A stretch of 64,000 nucleotides of DNA, taken from Camelus ferus (taxonomy: Eukaryota). The stretch is from positions 118,236,001 through 118,300,000 of the forward strand of contig NC_045697.1 of NCBI RefSeq assembly GCF_009834535.1, read 5' to 3'. Positions 39,344 to 51,685 of this stretch are shown here, piece by piece (the stretch's first letter is position 1; every line of letters starts with the position of its first letter). Both the position numbers and the translations under genes were made by a program. Below the pieces are notes generated by a model, which did no database searches, was not told where the DNA came from, and saw only the letters and a list, made by a program, of their open reading frames with translations.

Positions 39344-39710
39344 ACCAAAGATTCACATTCATACAGCAGGCAAAATCCATTCATCCTTTCCAAGGTTCCC
39401 AAAGACTTCCTCCTCTCATTATTTCATCAACTAAAAGCACCCCCCCGATCTCATCTAATTCTCATCAGCTCAACATCCCCAATCTTATCATCAAAATCAT
39501 TGAAGTCAGGTTCTGGTGAGGCCCTGCTAAATGCAGTTTATCCCAGTGCACAACTCCTTACTCTCTGCGGATCCGGGAAACTGGAAAACAATTTGTCAGT
39601 TCCCAAAATACAATTTTGAGGCAGGCATAGGAGAACATTTGTATTCATTCCAGTTTAAAGGGGAGAAAATGAAAGGAAAATGGAGTCACCAGGCCTCAAA
39701 GCAAACCTAA
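39344..39710 (-). mobile_element. MaLR internal 3' part, contiguous with the LTR
   Basis: AAAATACAATTTTGAGGCAGGCATAGGAGAACATT..CATTCCAGTTTAAAGGGAGAAAATG resembles antisense MLT1-int. Confidence 0.65.
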
Positions 39711-39990
39711 ATCTCCTCAGAGAATACCTAAGTTGCTGTGAACAGACTGTCAGTAGAAACATGGGCAATCCTGGCGGTGCTGGGCTGGACTCAGATGGGA
39801 GTGAGGAACGTCTCACCAGAAACTGGAGGAAAAGGGATCCTTACTATGTAGTGGCAGAAAGCTTAGCAGAACAGTGTCCTGCGGTTATGTAGAAAGAAGA
39901 ACGTGTAAGTGATGAGCTTGGATAATTAGCCAGAAAGCAAAATTTTGGAGACAGATCCTGGTAAAATGTCAGATGAGACAGAAAAATGTG
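39711..39990 (+). mobile_element. MaLR internal 5' part, sense orientation
   Basis: The ORF translates to ..DSDGSEERLTRNWRKRDPYYVVAESLAEQC, the MaLR-int NWxKGxxCYxxAxxLA motif. Confidence 0.7.
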
Positions 39991-42900
39991 TAAGAGACAC
40001 AACATGAGAAAGACTGGATGGTTCCCTCACTGGTTTTGAAAAGATCGTCGACAGAAACAGCAGGGAATTAATTAAATGGGGGTGATTTGTTCATGACTTT
40101 CCTCATCAGTTTTGTTCCCTTGAGCTCTAAATGGTAAACAGGGCAGCAACCAGAGAGGAGTTTACGATGGGTTTGCCAGCACAACTTCGTGCTGTCACCT
40201 GTCCAGTGTTCACTGGCACACAGCTGTGTCCCTGTCCTCATCTCTCTTCCGGTTCAGCTCCAGATCCCTCTGGACCCTACTCTCATGGCTCCCCCTCTCC
40301 TCCCCTCTGACCTCTCCTCTCGCCAATCACCTGCTCTGTAACTGCCCCTTGGATCTTGCGCACCCAATGCAGTCAATTCCCAGCTCATCAGAGAACAGGC
40401 AAAGCCCATCAGTCAAAGAGTAAGCAGAACACATAGAGGTGACTCCTTTGAAAAATCCCCAGTGAGAGTCAAACGTGCAACCAACTTGAAAATGAGGCTT
40501 TCCGCCTCCTGCTTTGGTGTCACCATTATCCACTGCCTCTGCCTTTTCTGTCTTCCATGCCCAGACTCTGCATCAAGTGTGGGGGTGAGGGAAGGGGAAG
40601 GAATTCTCCTCCTCCTCCTCCTCCAACTTCTCCTCTTCCTTCTTCTTCAGCACTTACAGATGTTGACAAGGCTTCAAAAATAATAACGTTATAAGTCATG
40701 ATCAGCATGTTCCAAATAACTAAGTAGAGCTATCTGTATACTTCAAGCAGTAGCAGTTGGAGTGGGGGGTCTTTGAGTGTTAAAGACATTGATAGTAAAG
40801 CTCATGTTTACCAGAAATTCTCTTCTGTTACCGAGGATCAAAAGCACAGGTGTTGAAAACAAACAGAAAGGCCTCTGTAGGCAGATGGCCCATTTGTAGA
40901 CAATTGATTTTGTTCCTGCTGCACCAGAGATGCTATTCCCCACTGCTCAGGGGGACCAAAGACTAAAGTGATGGGGTGAGGACAGAGGAGGGAGAATGGA
41001 GGCGGGCTGAGCATGTGCTCTCCTCTCACTATTACATTTTGAGAGAGGCCCAGCCATGGGGTTCAGAGAATGAAGACGGTCTCCTTCCTTTGAACTCAAA
41101 TCACAAAACAGAAAAACTGGTAGGAATGAATGAAAATGCTTTCTGTTTCAATTCCCAAGAAGAAGTGTTATTAATAAAATCTTAGGTGGAGAAGAGAATT
41201 AAACAAAGAAGTATAAAAAAAAGTTTAGTGTCATGAGTTATGTTGTGGGAAATCTATGACCCACAAATTGTCCAAACATCGTCTTATTTATATGTATAAC
41301 ACCTTTAAGTAAAGATCTTATTTGATGTCCCAGGCATTTGCAGTTTTCTTCATTGAGTAGAAACCTAATTACCTTTCATGAATGATAAAGATTGATAAAA
41401 TAAAGTTCCAGAAGTAAGGGCAGAAAACCCATTTCTGGTATTTTCCACTGTATTTTCTGGAAGAAGATCAAGACTTAAGAAAATTTCCAAACCAACAAAT
41501 TACCCTCTACTTTCTTTAAAAACAGTTTTAAATGTTGTATAAACAGAAACAACAATTTGTAGATATTATGTATGTAAAACTCAAATGATTAAGGGCATTA
41601 CACGACATCTAGGATATGAAATAGTATGCAGCCATTACAAATAGTTTTCTACAGAGTATCATCGACAAGGAAAATACTTGAGATGTGTGAAATGGGAAAA
41701 AATAGATGTACAGATGCATGCATTTGGTGAACTTTACGAGGTCCAGATGAACATGATAGTTATATTCAATGCAAGTTGTAAATTGTGACTTGTATTCTCC
41801 TTCATCTTGGAATATTCTCTCAGTATCTACCACAAACTCATATAAACAGAAAAAAATACATCAAAACACCATAAACCAAAAACCTGAAGTGAGCTTCTCA
41901 TTCTGCAAATAACGTGTGGAGGAAGCCGTCACCACCTACCTACGAATATGAGGGGGGAAAGTCTATCTTCCTGCCATGGATTATAAACTTTTTGCCCGAG
42001 AAAGTGGGTAAGCCTTGCGTTTAGTAGTTGACTTAATAACATAATAGTAGCCTTTATGATCAGGTGAGAAGGAAGCACATATACTCTTGAAGAGAAGAAA
42101 TTTAAGAACAGTAATTTAATGGTTTGAATACTCAAGTAAGCCAACTGTGTGCACTTCTGTAAACCAGGCAGTAAGTAGCTTCATCAAAGAGGGTAGTGTT
42201 GATTTTCGTGCTGAAGTGTCATTACCATGACGACGGCTCCTTGGAGAGTGAATTCAGCCCTTCTGCGAAAAGCAGTATTTATGTTTAAACAAGTGCTTCA
42301 GTGACACCTCCATCCTTGCAGATGTGAGCTCTGTGATTTGCGCCGGAGAGGAAGGAGACTGCAACGTCTTCGAGTCGTCTCAGTCCCGATGACACAGAAA
42401 TTTGAAGTCGTCTGAGTGATAACAGATTTTCACGTGTATCTTTCAGATAATTGCCTCAATCTTCTCATTGAATTTGGCTGATGATTCCCCCACTTCTCCA
42501 CCCTCTCCTCTCCCTTTCGGTCTCTGGGCACAAGGAAAGAACTGAGATGCTACAAACTCGACACGGTTGCAGATTTGTAACATGAAGGGCAAACAGAGGA
42601 ATAAAGCCAAGAAAACGGCTAGGAGAGGCCCTTGGTTACTACAGATTTACAAGCAACTCCAGAAAAGCTTGTGTCAACATGGACTTTGAAATGACCAAGG
42701 AGTGTTCTGAGAGGCTTTGCCATGAGAGTGAGTAAATACAGAAATTCTCTTGGAAAATCTGAAGCCCAGATGGCAGTGGGTGTGCCCACAAAACACAGCT
42801 CCCAGTGCATCCCTGGGGTGGCACCATGCATGTGTGTTTTCAATGGATCTTCTTTTATTTCTTGCTATTCTTTTCCTGAGCACTAAACAGATTTATGTCC

Positions 42901-43006
42901 CTGGTGAAATCCTTGAACATTTTTTAAATTAAAGGGTCCACTGCAACTTAAACAAGGTCAAACTCTGCTCTTACACAGTACGACCAGCTGGGGAGAGATT
43001 GAACAA

Positions 43007-43393
43007 CTTTTTTTTTTTTTATTGAAGTATAGTCGGTTTATAATCCTGTGTTAGTTTCTGATGTCCAGCATATTGATTCAATTATATATTTATATATTTC
43101 TTTTCCATTATAGGTTATTATAAGATGTTGAATATAGCTCCCTAAGCAATACAGTAGGACTTTGTTGTTTATCTCTTTTATATACAGTAGTGTCTGTCTG
43201 TAAATCTCAAACTCCAAGTTTATACCTCCCTCCCCGCCTCCATAACCATAAGTTTGTTTTCTATGTCTGTGAGTCCGTCTCTGGTAAATAAGTTCATTTG
43301 TGTCCCCCCTCCCCATTTGTGTTTTAAGATTCTACATATGAATGATACCATACCGTATATTTTGCTCTCATTCCGGCTTACTTCCTTAGAATG
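43007..43393 (-). mobile_element. 5'-truncated artiodactyl-type L1 3' end
   Basis: Poly-T plus ATTGAAGTATAGTCGGTTTATAA...CATAAGTTTGTTTTCTATGTCTGTGAGTC; homologous to 2369-2882. Confidence 0.9.
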
Positions 43394-43439
43394 TTGATTT
43401 TTTTATGCCTCACAGTCATGTTTCTTCTTTACAAGTAGG

Positions 43440-43670
43440 TGAGGTGGCATTCATGTGAGTTCTGGAGTCCGAAAAACCTGAACTCAGACTCCTGATCCAC
43501 CCAGACCCACTGCCTAATCTTGGGCAAAACACTTAACTTCTCCAAACCTCAGATTCTTCACCTAGAAAATGGGGGAGAGGGTAGTAATCCCTCTGCTGGG
43601 TAACAGGTTCTCAGCGATGATCCAAGGAGTTTATGTGAAGCCCCTGGACTAGATGAGAGAGTCGAACGCT
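43440..43670 (+). mobile_element. MIR SINE
   Basis: TCTGGAGTCCGAAAAACCTGAACTCAGA..ATCTTGGGCAAAACACTTAACTTCTC..CCTCAGATTCTTCACCTAGAAAATGGGG. Confidence 0.8.
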
Positions 43671-44327
43671 GTGGTCCCACCCTCCACTGACCTTCCTCCT
43701 TCCTGCTGGTAATCCTAGGGCTCAGCCCTTTGGTACTTTCCTGTCATTTATTCCCCTAAAGATTATAGGGAAATAAGTCAGTGGGAGAGGATAGCGGAAA
43801 GAAGAGAGAGGGAGACGGGGGGAAAAAACACTAAAGATGAAATGAAAGCTTCTATTCTGTGCTTTTTCTGATTTTGTTTTTGTTTTCATATTGATTTTAA
43901 CCTAATTCTGCTTTCTTTTCAACTTAATATTAAATTTGGGAAAAAATTAAATGACCCAGACAGACATACACACACCCATTCAAAGGAACTACATGGAGGG
44001 GGAAAAAATAAAGCAGGAGAAAAAAGTAAACAGTGGTGATTTTACATCATTATTGAATTGTTTTTCTCTTTCTTCACCTCCAAGAATAAAAGGACACAAT
44101 TTGATCCTGGGAGAAGAAGCGACCCAGCCCCCTCGGGACTCTGTGTGGGTTGGTGCTCCGTGTGGTACCCAGGGGCTCTCTGGGCTCTCAGCTGGGTCGT
44201 GGTGAGAGAACCGGTCCTCTGAGCATCGCTCATCAGGGAGAACAAGCCCCCTGCCTGAGGGGCCAGTGGCCTCCCTAAAGGAAACTCCCATGTTCACCTT
44301 CACGTCAGCATTCTCTCACAGCAGAGC

Positions 44328-44879
44328 TGGTACCAAACGAAAGTTCACGTGCCTGGCACCCGTGAGGCGAAACAAACTGCAACATCAGAGTCTGGAGCAG
44401 AGAAAGGTTCACCGCAGGGTCAGGCAAGGAGGATGGTTGGCTCATGCTCAATGGATGGCTTGGGGAGAAAGGTTTTTATAAACAAAACTTGGGGTGAGGG
44501 CTGCAGGGTATGTGACTTTCTTCTGATTGGTTGCTGGGGAGGTAACAGGGCGGTGCTCCCGGAATCTTGTGCTCAGCCTGAAGTTACCATCCTCCACCTG
44601 GGTGGGGACCTTAGTTCCTGCAGAAGAACTCAAAGATATTGTTCAGTATATCCCTTGAGGGGGAACCAGGACTCTGTCCCAAGGCTGCACTATTGTTTTT
44701 GACCGTCCCTCCCCTGTCCCTGCATTCCCTCCCTTCCTTGATTAGCATCTGTTTGATTCTGCCCTTTGGAACTCGGGGAAGGTCTAGGGGGCTGGATGAA
44801 GCCTAATTCTTACAAAAGAGAGATGGGAGCCAAAAAGGATTTGTACCAGGGAGCCCCCCACAGGTCCTGCTCTGGTTCA
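44328..44879 (-). mobile_element. ERV1 solo LTR, MER41-like (cetartiodactyl type)
   Basis: TG...CA bounded ~550 bp. Minus strand begins TGAACCAGAGCAGGACCTGTGGGGGGCTCC and contains CCCAGGTGGAGGATGGTAACTTCAGGCTGAGCACAAG, a CCAAT box and a TATA-like TTTATAAAAA. Family name is from recalled consensus. Confidence 0.75.
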
Positions 44880-44991
44880 GCCGTTGTTAGATCCCTGAGG
44901 AGCTTTAGAAATCTCCCCAGTGTACAAACAGGCTTAAGTGGGACTTGTCTGAGATCATCCATCCATTTATTCCATCAATAGTCATATCCAC

Positions 44992-45143
44992 GGGGAGGGG
45001 GCAAGGGGAGGGGACAGCTCAGTGGTAGAGTGTGTGCTTAGCATGCACCAGGTCCTGGGTTCAGTCAATTAAAAAAATGCACAAATAAATAAATCTAGTT
45101 ATCTCCCCTCCAAAATAATTTAAAAATAAAAATAAGAAATGAA
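44992..45143 (+). mobile_element. tRNA-Ala-derived SINE (Vic-1 type)
   Basis: AGCTCAGTGGTAGAGTGTGTGCTTAGCATGCACCAGGTCCTGGGTTCA; TSD-like AATAGTCATATCCA / AATAGAACATATCCA. Confidence 0.88.
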
Positions 45144-45774
45144 TAATAGAACATATCCATCAAGCACCTAGTAGGCTCTTGTCAGGCACCAAAGACGTTA
45201 TGATGAGCAAAGCAGTCACGGTCCCTGATGTCTTGGCTCTAAAGGTCTAAAGGGAGAAGAAACATTGACACAGTATTTACAGAAATAACAAGTAACTACA
45301 AGCGTCAGCAGGCAGCCTGGAAGAAAACAAATGAGTCTCTTAGTTTGGATAAAAGGAAAACCTGCTACAGCGTGGAGGAACAGAGAGAGCTTACCTGCGT
45401 CAGTAGAAATTTTGCTGACATTTGAGGTGGGTAAGTAAGGAGAAGAGGAATCACATCAAACAAAGTTTGGGGAACTTGGAGGAACAAGGGTGTGATGACC
45501 TTGAGGAAGTGACTCAAGGCCCGTGGCTGGAGGACATAGGTGTGGTCTGAAAGGCTAGGGCGTGGGAGAAAAGATACGTGTTTTGAGCAACATATGCCAA
45601 AAATTAGGTTGAGATCCTAAAATGACTGATTTCAAGTTCCCCATGGGCAGAGGACTGGGGGTCAGTAAAAGCCTTGCATTTCTTACTTGTGTGAAATGGA
45701 TAAAATGGGAATTTCCTTCTTGTCTCTGGATTTCAAGCAAACCCCAAAGCTGAAAACATTGGGCATAAGGTATC

Positions 45775-46269
45775 TGTGGATTATAAAAAAAGTTGTGGTA
45801 CATTTATACAATGGAATACTACGCAGCCATAAAACAAATGAAGTCATGCCATTTGCAGTAACGGATGGATCTGGAGGTCATCATACTAAGTGAAGTAAGT
45901 CAGACACAGAAAGAAAAATATCATATGATGTCACTTATATGTGGAATCTAGAAGAAGACACAAATGAACTTTCTTACAAAACAGAAATAGACTCACAGAC
46001 ATAGAAAGCAATCTTATGGTTACCAAAGGGGAGAAGGGGGAGGAGGGATAAATTAGGAGTTGGGATTCACAGATACAAATTCCCATAAACAAATAGATAA
46101 ACAAGGTCCTACTGTATAGCACAGGGAACTACATTCAGTATCTTGTAATAGCCTATTATGAAAAGGAATATATTATACATATATAGTTAACTCACTATGC
46201 TGTACACCAGAAATTAACACAAAGTTGTAACTTGACTATACTTAATAAAAAATTAAAAATTAAAAAAAA
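45775..46269 (+). mobile_element. 5'-truncated artiodactyl-type L1 3' end
   Basis: TGTGGTACATTTATACAATGGAATACTAC...ATACTAAGTGAAGTAAGTCAGACA...TGTACACCAGAAATTAACACA with an A-rich tail. Confidence 0.92.
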
Positions 46270-49161
46270 TCTGTATTTGTGAAAAAATCACTTTCTATGC
46301 ATGTAACTGTTGTGAAAACATTCACACACAAGAAGAAATTGTTAAAGTATAGTTGAAAAGTGATAGATTGAATCTCTAAAAGACACACGTGGTGTATAAG
46401 TGTGTGCACACACACACACCAGGATATGTTTATTTCTTTCAACACCTTCCTTAAACATCTCTAAGCACATTTCTTTCCTTAACGTCAGTGAGATTGGGGC
46501 ATTTAAAAGAAGTTCTAGAGTTATAAGAAGCAGCTACACATTTGATTTCATGTAATGACATAGTTAAGATTTGAGTATTTGGTCGTTCTCTTAAGATGAA
46601 CTTCTCGGTATTTCATTTAAAGAACACAGTTTTCATAGTCAGGAGAAGTACACATACTCAAAATATGCTCTGGCTGGTCATTTGAGGAGCATTAATGCTG
46701 AAAAATGCGGAGCAATTCTCACTGGTTTATTTTATGAAAATAGAAAAACATCGAGAATAAATATTACTTTCCTTTTATTTCTCAAAATAAAGGTTGGCTT
46801 ATATTTTCATTTGAGTTAAAGAGGACTTCAATAGAAAGCCAGTTATAACTATGTGGTTAAAATATGAATTATGAGGTCAGCTATGAAGCAATTACTGTGG
46901 GTGATTACTTGGTATAAAATCTCTCATCCAAAGATAGAAATATGTGTGTGGGGGGTGTTCTAAAAGCAGAAAAGTTCACCGCAGGTACCTGCTCTTGGCA
47001 ATGCCATGTAATAAAGTAGTTGGCATTGATCCGTGTTTTCATAAACCCTGTGGTTTTCTGCAGGCTTATTAGCAAAGTGGACTCCAAAGTTGCAGATTTA
47101 AATGTCTTTCTGAGGGTGAGTGCTTCTCAAAACGAAGAAACAAGAGCCCCCTTGCTTGTTCAGCAGTGGTTAGACAAGGCTCCCTGTGGGTTTGCCAAAG
47201 ACGGCAGGGCTAAGATAAAAGTGGCCTTGAGACGCTCGGAGGTCCTCCACCACCTGCCCAGATTCAGCTTGAACAGTCCTGTCATATTCCACAGCTGGGC
47301 CTTCCTCACTGTGAGCTAATGGAACACCCAGATTTGAGCAGGAATTGTGGTTGTTAACAAGCCCTCCACTGAGAATGTATCACCGAAGCCCTGATGGGAA
47401 TGACAGACAGCGCAAAAAGCAGGCCAGGACCCAGGCTTCCGTGAAGCAGATTTCACTGCCGGGTGTGGGACGCTGTAAAACCCGCTCTGCGAATTTATTC
47501 ATTTCAACTGCGACACTCTCATTAGTTATTTTAGCACAACTTCCCTTTGCTTGTCTCCTGCAGCCTAACATGCAAGCCAAATACTTAATGATTGTTTTTA
47601 TTCCTTCAACAGAAAGCTTCCATTTTCTCATGTTCTGTTTAGGTTGTAGCTGGTTGTTTTGGGTTTTGTTTTGTTTTTTTTTTTTCTACTACGCAGTTCA
47701 GGAAAATCACAAACGAATTTTCATAATCATTGATTGTCTACACCATCAAAAACAAAGCACTCAGAATTTCTAGAGGGTGTGAGGGGAAAATGTGAACAAA
47801 TTATGAGCTTCTCAGCTATTAATTAATAATCATTAATTAAGAATAAGCTTTATGCAAGCCTACTATCAGAATCAGATATTTAGATGATGTAGGAACAATG
47901 TTGAATCAATGAAATAAAGATTTGCCTTAGGGCATCTTATAATCTAATTTTTTATTTTATTGTAGTCTACACTGAAGAGGCAAAAACTCAAGTCTTCTAA
48001 ACTTAGAGCCTTGTACCTCCGTCTGATTTCTCCTCGAACTTCATTGACGTAACGTGTTCAAGAATAGAATCACTTCTTTTCAGAAGTGACCAACAGCCCG
48101 AAAACCACCACTTCCCCTGAAGTTCAAGGTCCACTAAAATAGCTGATCGGATCTGAACCTCATGGAAGAGAACCTTTCAGAAAGTCTGCCCTCTCCCGTG
48201 ATGGTGAGCAGATGAGCCAGCACCACAGGATCCCCACGTAGGTTTCAGGGATGGACCTGTTCACGAGGCTGGTGGTACTCAGGACTGGCGGAGTGTCGCC
48301 GACTCCGCTGTCTACGACCTTTCCACACAACCCTGCCCTCCAGCTGTTCTCTGTCCTGTTCTGTTCCTCTCTTCCACTTTAGACTATGTTCCCATCTAGA
48401 TAAGTACCTACATCAGAAGTGTTCCAGCTGGGTGAGAGAGTATATTCCATTTCATAATTACGCACTGCCAAAAGCACTCTTTGGATTCACTGCACACAGA
48501 AATCAGCTGAATGTACCGATCTTCCTCAGAAGTTTAGTGCGACTTTGCTGATGTATTCAACTCTTGTGCCCTCTCATTTGGGGTTATATTTGAAAAATGT
48601 GAAAATTGAAGTCTCAGCATGGGATTACACTGACCCACTTCTGCAATCTAAATTTCTTTACAATGTCTTCCATGTATAGTGTTACAGGAATTGATGGGAA
48701 ACAGAAAATAATCAAACTAACAAGATTTTGATTCACATTGCTCCCATATAAGAGCGTATATGGCAAGATGTTTTCCTACTATTATGACATCATAATTCCA
48801 TATTCAGAAATATGATTTACTGTACATTTAGAAAATAAAAAGATTCATCACTATGTCCTTTAACAAGAGAAACACTTCTTGATTTTGTGTAATTTTGAAA
48901 GCAACAGAAACGATTACTGCATAGCTTGAGTGATTCTGTGACTATCTCCGAGCCTTCTTTCAAGTATTGTTAAAGCGTTTATTCAGTAGTAAATTGGGAA
49001 ATACCATAAGAACCTTCTAAAAATTAGTTATAAATTAGATGACACTATAAAAATATTCCTTGTGAAGTTTAATGGGGAATTATTCATGTTACATTAGTCT
49101 AATCACACTAGAATGAATCCAATTACAGTGACACTAGAAATGTCCCATTTTAAAGTAGTGC

Positions 49162-49882
49162 TTTTTAGATTCCACATATGAGTGATCTCATATGGTATTT
49201 TTCTTCTCTGTCTGGCTTACTTCACTTAGAATGACGATCTCCAGGTCCACCCATGTTGCTGCAAATGGCGTTATTTTATTCTATTTTATGGCTGAGTACT
49301 GTTCCATTGTATAAATATGCCCCATCTTCTTTATCTAGTCATCTGCCGATGGACATTTAGGCTGTTTCCATGTCTTGGCTATTGTAAATAGTGCTGCTAT
49401 GAACATTGGGGTGCAGGTGTCTTTTTGAATTAGAATTTCCATCTGGATATATGCCCAGGAGTGGGATTGCTGGATCATATGGTAGCTCTATTTTTAGTTT
49501 TTTGAGGAAAAAGAAGAAAAAAGAGGACACTAATGAACTCATCTACAAAAGAAACAGACTTGCAGATGCAGTAGATAATCTTATGGTTACCAGGGGAAAC
49601 GGAGTGGGAGGGGATAAATTTGAGAGCTTCAGATTTGCAAATGTTAACCACTATATATAAAAATAGATAAAAAAGCAAATTTCTTCTGTGTAGCCCAGGG
49701 AACTGTATTTAATACCTTGTAATAACCTTTAATGAAAAAGTAATATGAATATAAATATATGTATGTATATGTATGACTGAGACATTGTGCTGTACACCAG
49801 AAACTGACACACTGTAACTGACTGTACTTCAATATAAATGAATAAATGAATAAGTGAATGAATGAATGAATGAATGAATGAA

Positions 49883-49929
<47 letters not shown>

Positions 49930-49930
49930 A
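49162..49930. mobile_element. 5'-inverted (twin-primed) L1 insertion
   Basis: 49162-49508 is antisense L1 ORF2 end (FLKKLKIELPYDPAIPLLGIYP on minus); 49509-49930 is the sense 3' UTR with a (TGAA)n(TAAA)n tail; TSD-like repeats at 49152-49168 and 49928-49943. Confidence 0.9.
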
Positions 49931-51672
49931 ATAGTCCTTTTAGTGCTTATTCTCCAAACTGGCCACAAATATTTATAAACTCTTCTGGCTGACTTTCCTG
50001 TTGACTCAACAATAAATGAAAAAGTAGAAGCTTCTTTTGAAGGAGACAAGGCTCGTGTTTATAAAATGTACCCAACGAGCTCTTGTAAACATAAAAAGGG
50101 GTATAAATCACACACAAATAAGGAACAAGTAGGTCCATACTTAAGACAGAGCCCCTCACTGGAACACACGTTTTAAAATTTGGCCAGTCACAAAGTATTA
50201 TTGCCCATACGGTCGTCACTGAGTATCCCCTAAGAAAGATATTTTAACATCTTTCTTGATATTCCTCTTGCTATTTTTTGGTAGGAGGAACAACTTATTG
50301 TAATTAATACAGGCATTGTCACTGTGGTTGGTGCCAGACAATTTGCAGGTCTGCATATGAAGTAAAATTGTAACATCATCAGGAAATTACGAGATGAAAT
50401 AAACTTTCTAATTATGTTTTAGCCATGAAATATAATTTCCTTTCATTCTTAGAAGAGTTTAATGAAGATGTAGGGAGGAAAGCCAATAGCCATCAATATT
50501 AGGTCAATAACTGATCTAATTATGTATCTAATACCTAAATAGTTTATAATTTCTAAATGTCTATTTATCATGAATTGCTAGCAAGCATAGACATCAGAGA
50601 AATTTAAAAAGTGACTTACTCTAAAATCATTATAAGATTTTTTTTTAAATTTCTTTATCCTGAACTACTAAAGTTGAGGTTTTATACTTTTCATTTTTAG
50701 AATAAAATATGTGTATTGTGACCGATGTAATGTTTGATAGGGAAACTCCATTAGAATTGAATTTGACTCATATGCACATGTGTGTACGTGACACAAATAC
50801 GAATGGTGACTGCACAGGCTTTGAAATCTGACCTTTGCTGGGGATACTGACTGCCCGGTCAACATCTGTGCAAAGGGTAATAGTGTGCAATAGCCTTTTA
50901 CTGAATGACTGCAAACATTGTGCAAGAAATAGCAATCACTCAGGACACATTAACTGTCGTGCTGGTGGCAGTCGTTTAGACTGAGATGAAGGGAAAACTG
51001 CGGTACGCCTACAGATCGCTGCTTCTCGTTTTAGATCTTTTTATATTTTTTATTTTTCTGATCACACATATTTACCATTTGATTACTGAGTACTCATTAA
51101 CTAGACCTGCCACGGTGCCCAAGCATTGATTCCCTAACTCCCCAGCACCTCCCCCCACATTCAGGGCGTGCCCTTGGTTTTCCAAGACATCAGACCGATT
51201 GGGCTGGAAGACTCCAGACCATTCCAGTAACTCTGTTCCCGTGGCCGAGGCACCCTTGCTCACCTCCTTCTGGCTGAAGCTGTGCTTTTAGCGCTGAGAT
51301 CCCTGTAGGCTGCCAGGTCGGTGTCGCCTCACCCACCTCCCTCATCCCAGGACCGGGAAGACTTCTGTGGGGCAGGAGCAAGTCTGAGTCACAGGCAGAG
51401 AGATGTGGCCCGTCTCTCTGGGACCAGCTTGAGCTCAGGAAAGGAAACCGGGACCATTACTGGTGTGGGTAGTGAGCAAAGCCAAGATTCAGAGCAAACC
51501 ACTGAGAGAGACAGAGCAAGAGATTAAAGAATGTGTGTCTGGGAGGCCCCCCAGGCGGAGACTTGCAGGCTGAAGAACCCTTCCAGGGAGCCCTTTGGAA
51601 CCCAGAAGAGCACGCCCACCTTCTGGTCCTCCTGCGAGAGTCAAGCCCACTCAGCCTTCGTCTTTGAAATGC

Positions 51673-51685
51673 TGACCTCTGACCT
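51673..51685 (-). promoter_or_regulatory. Perfect DR1 nuclear-receptor element
   Basis: TGACCTCTGACCT reads AGGTCA-G-AGGTCA on the minus strand. Confidence 0.4.

Noticed and set aside
48288..48308. Hairpin GCGGAGT-N7-ACTCCGC
   Set aside because: A 7-bp stem is expected by chance in 64 kb and is too short for a pre-miRNA.
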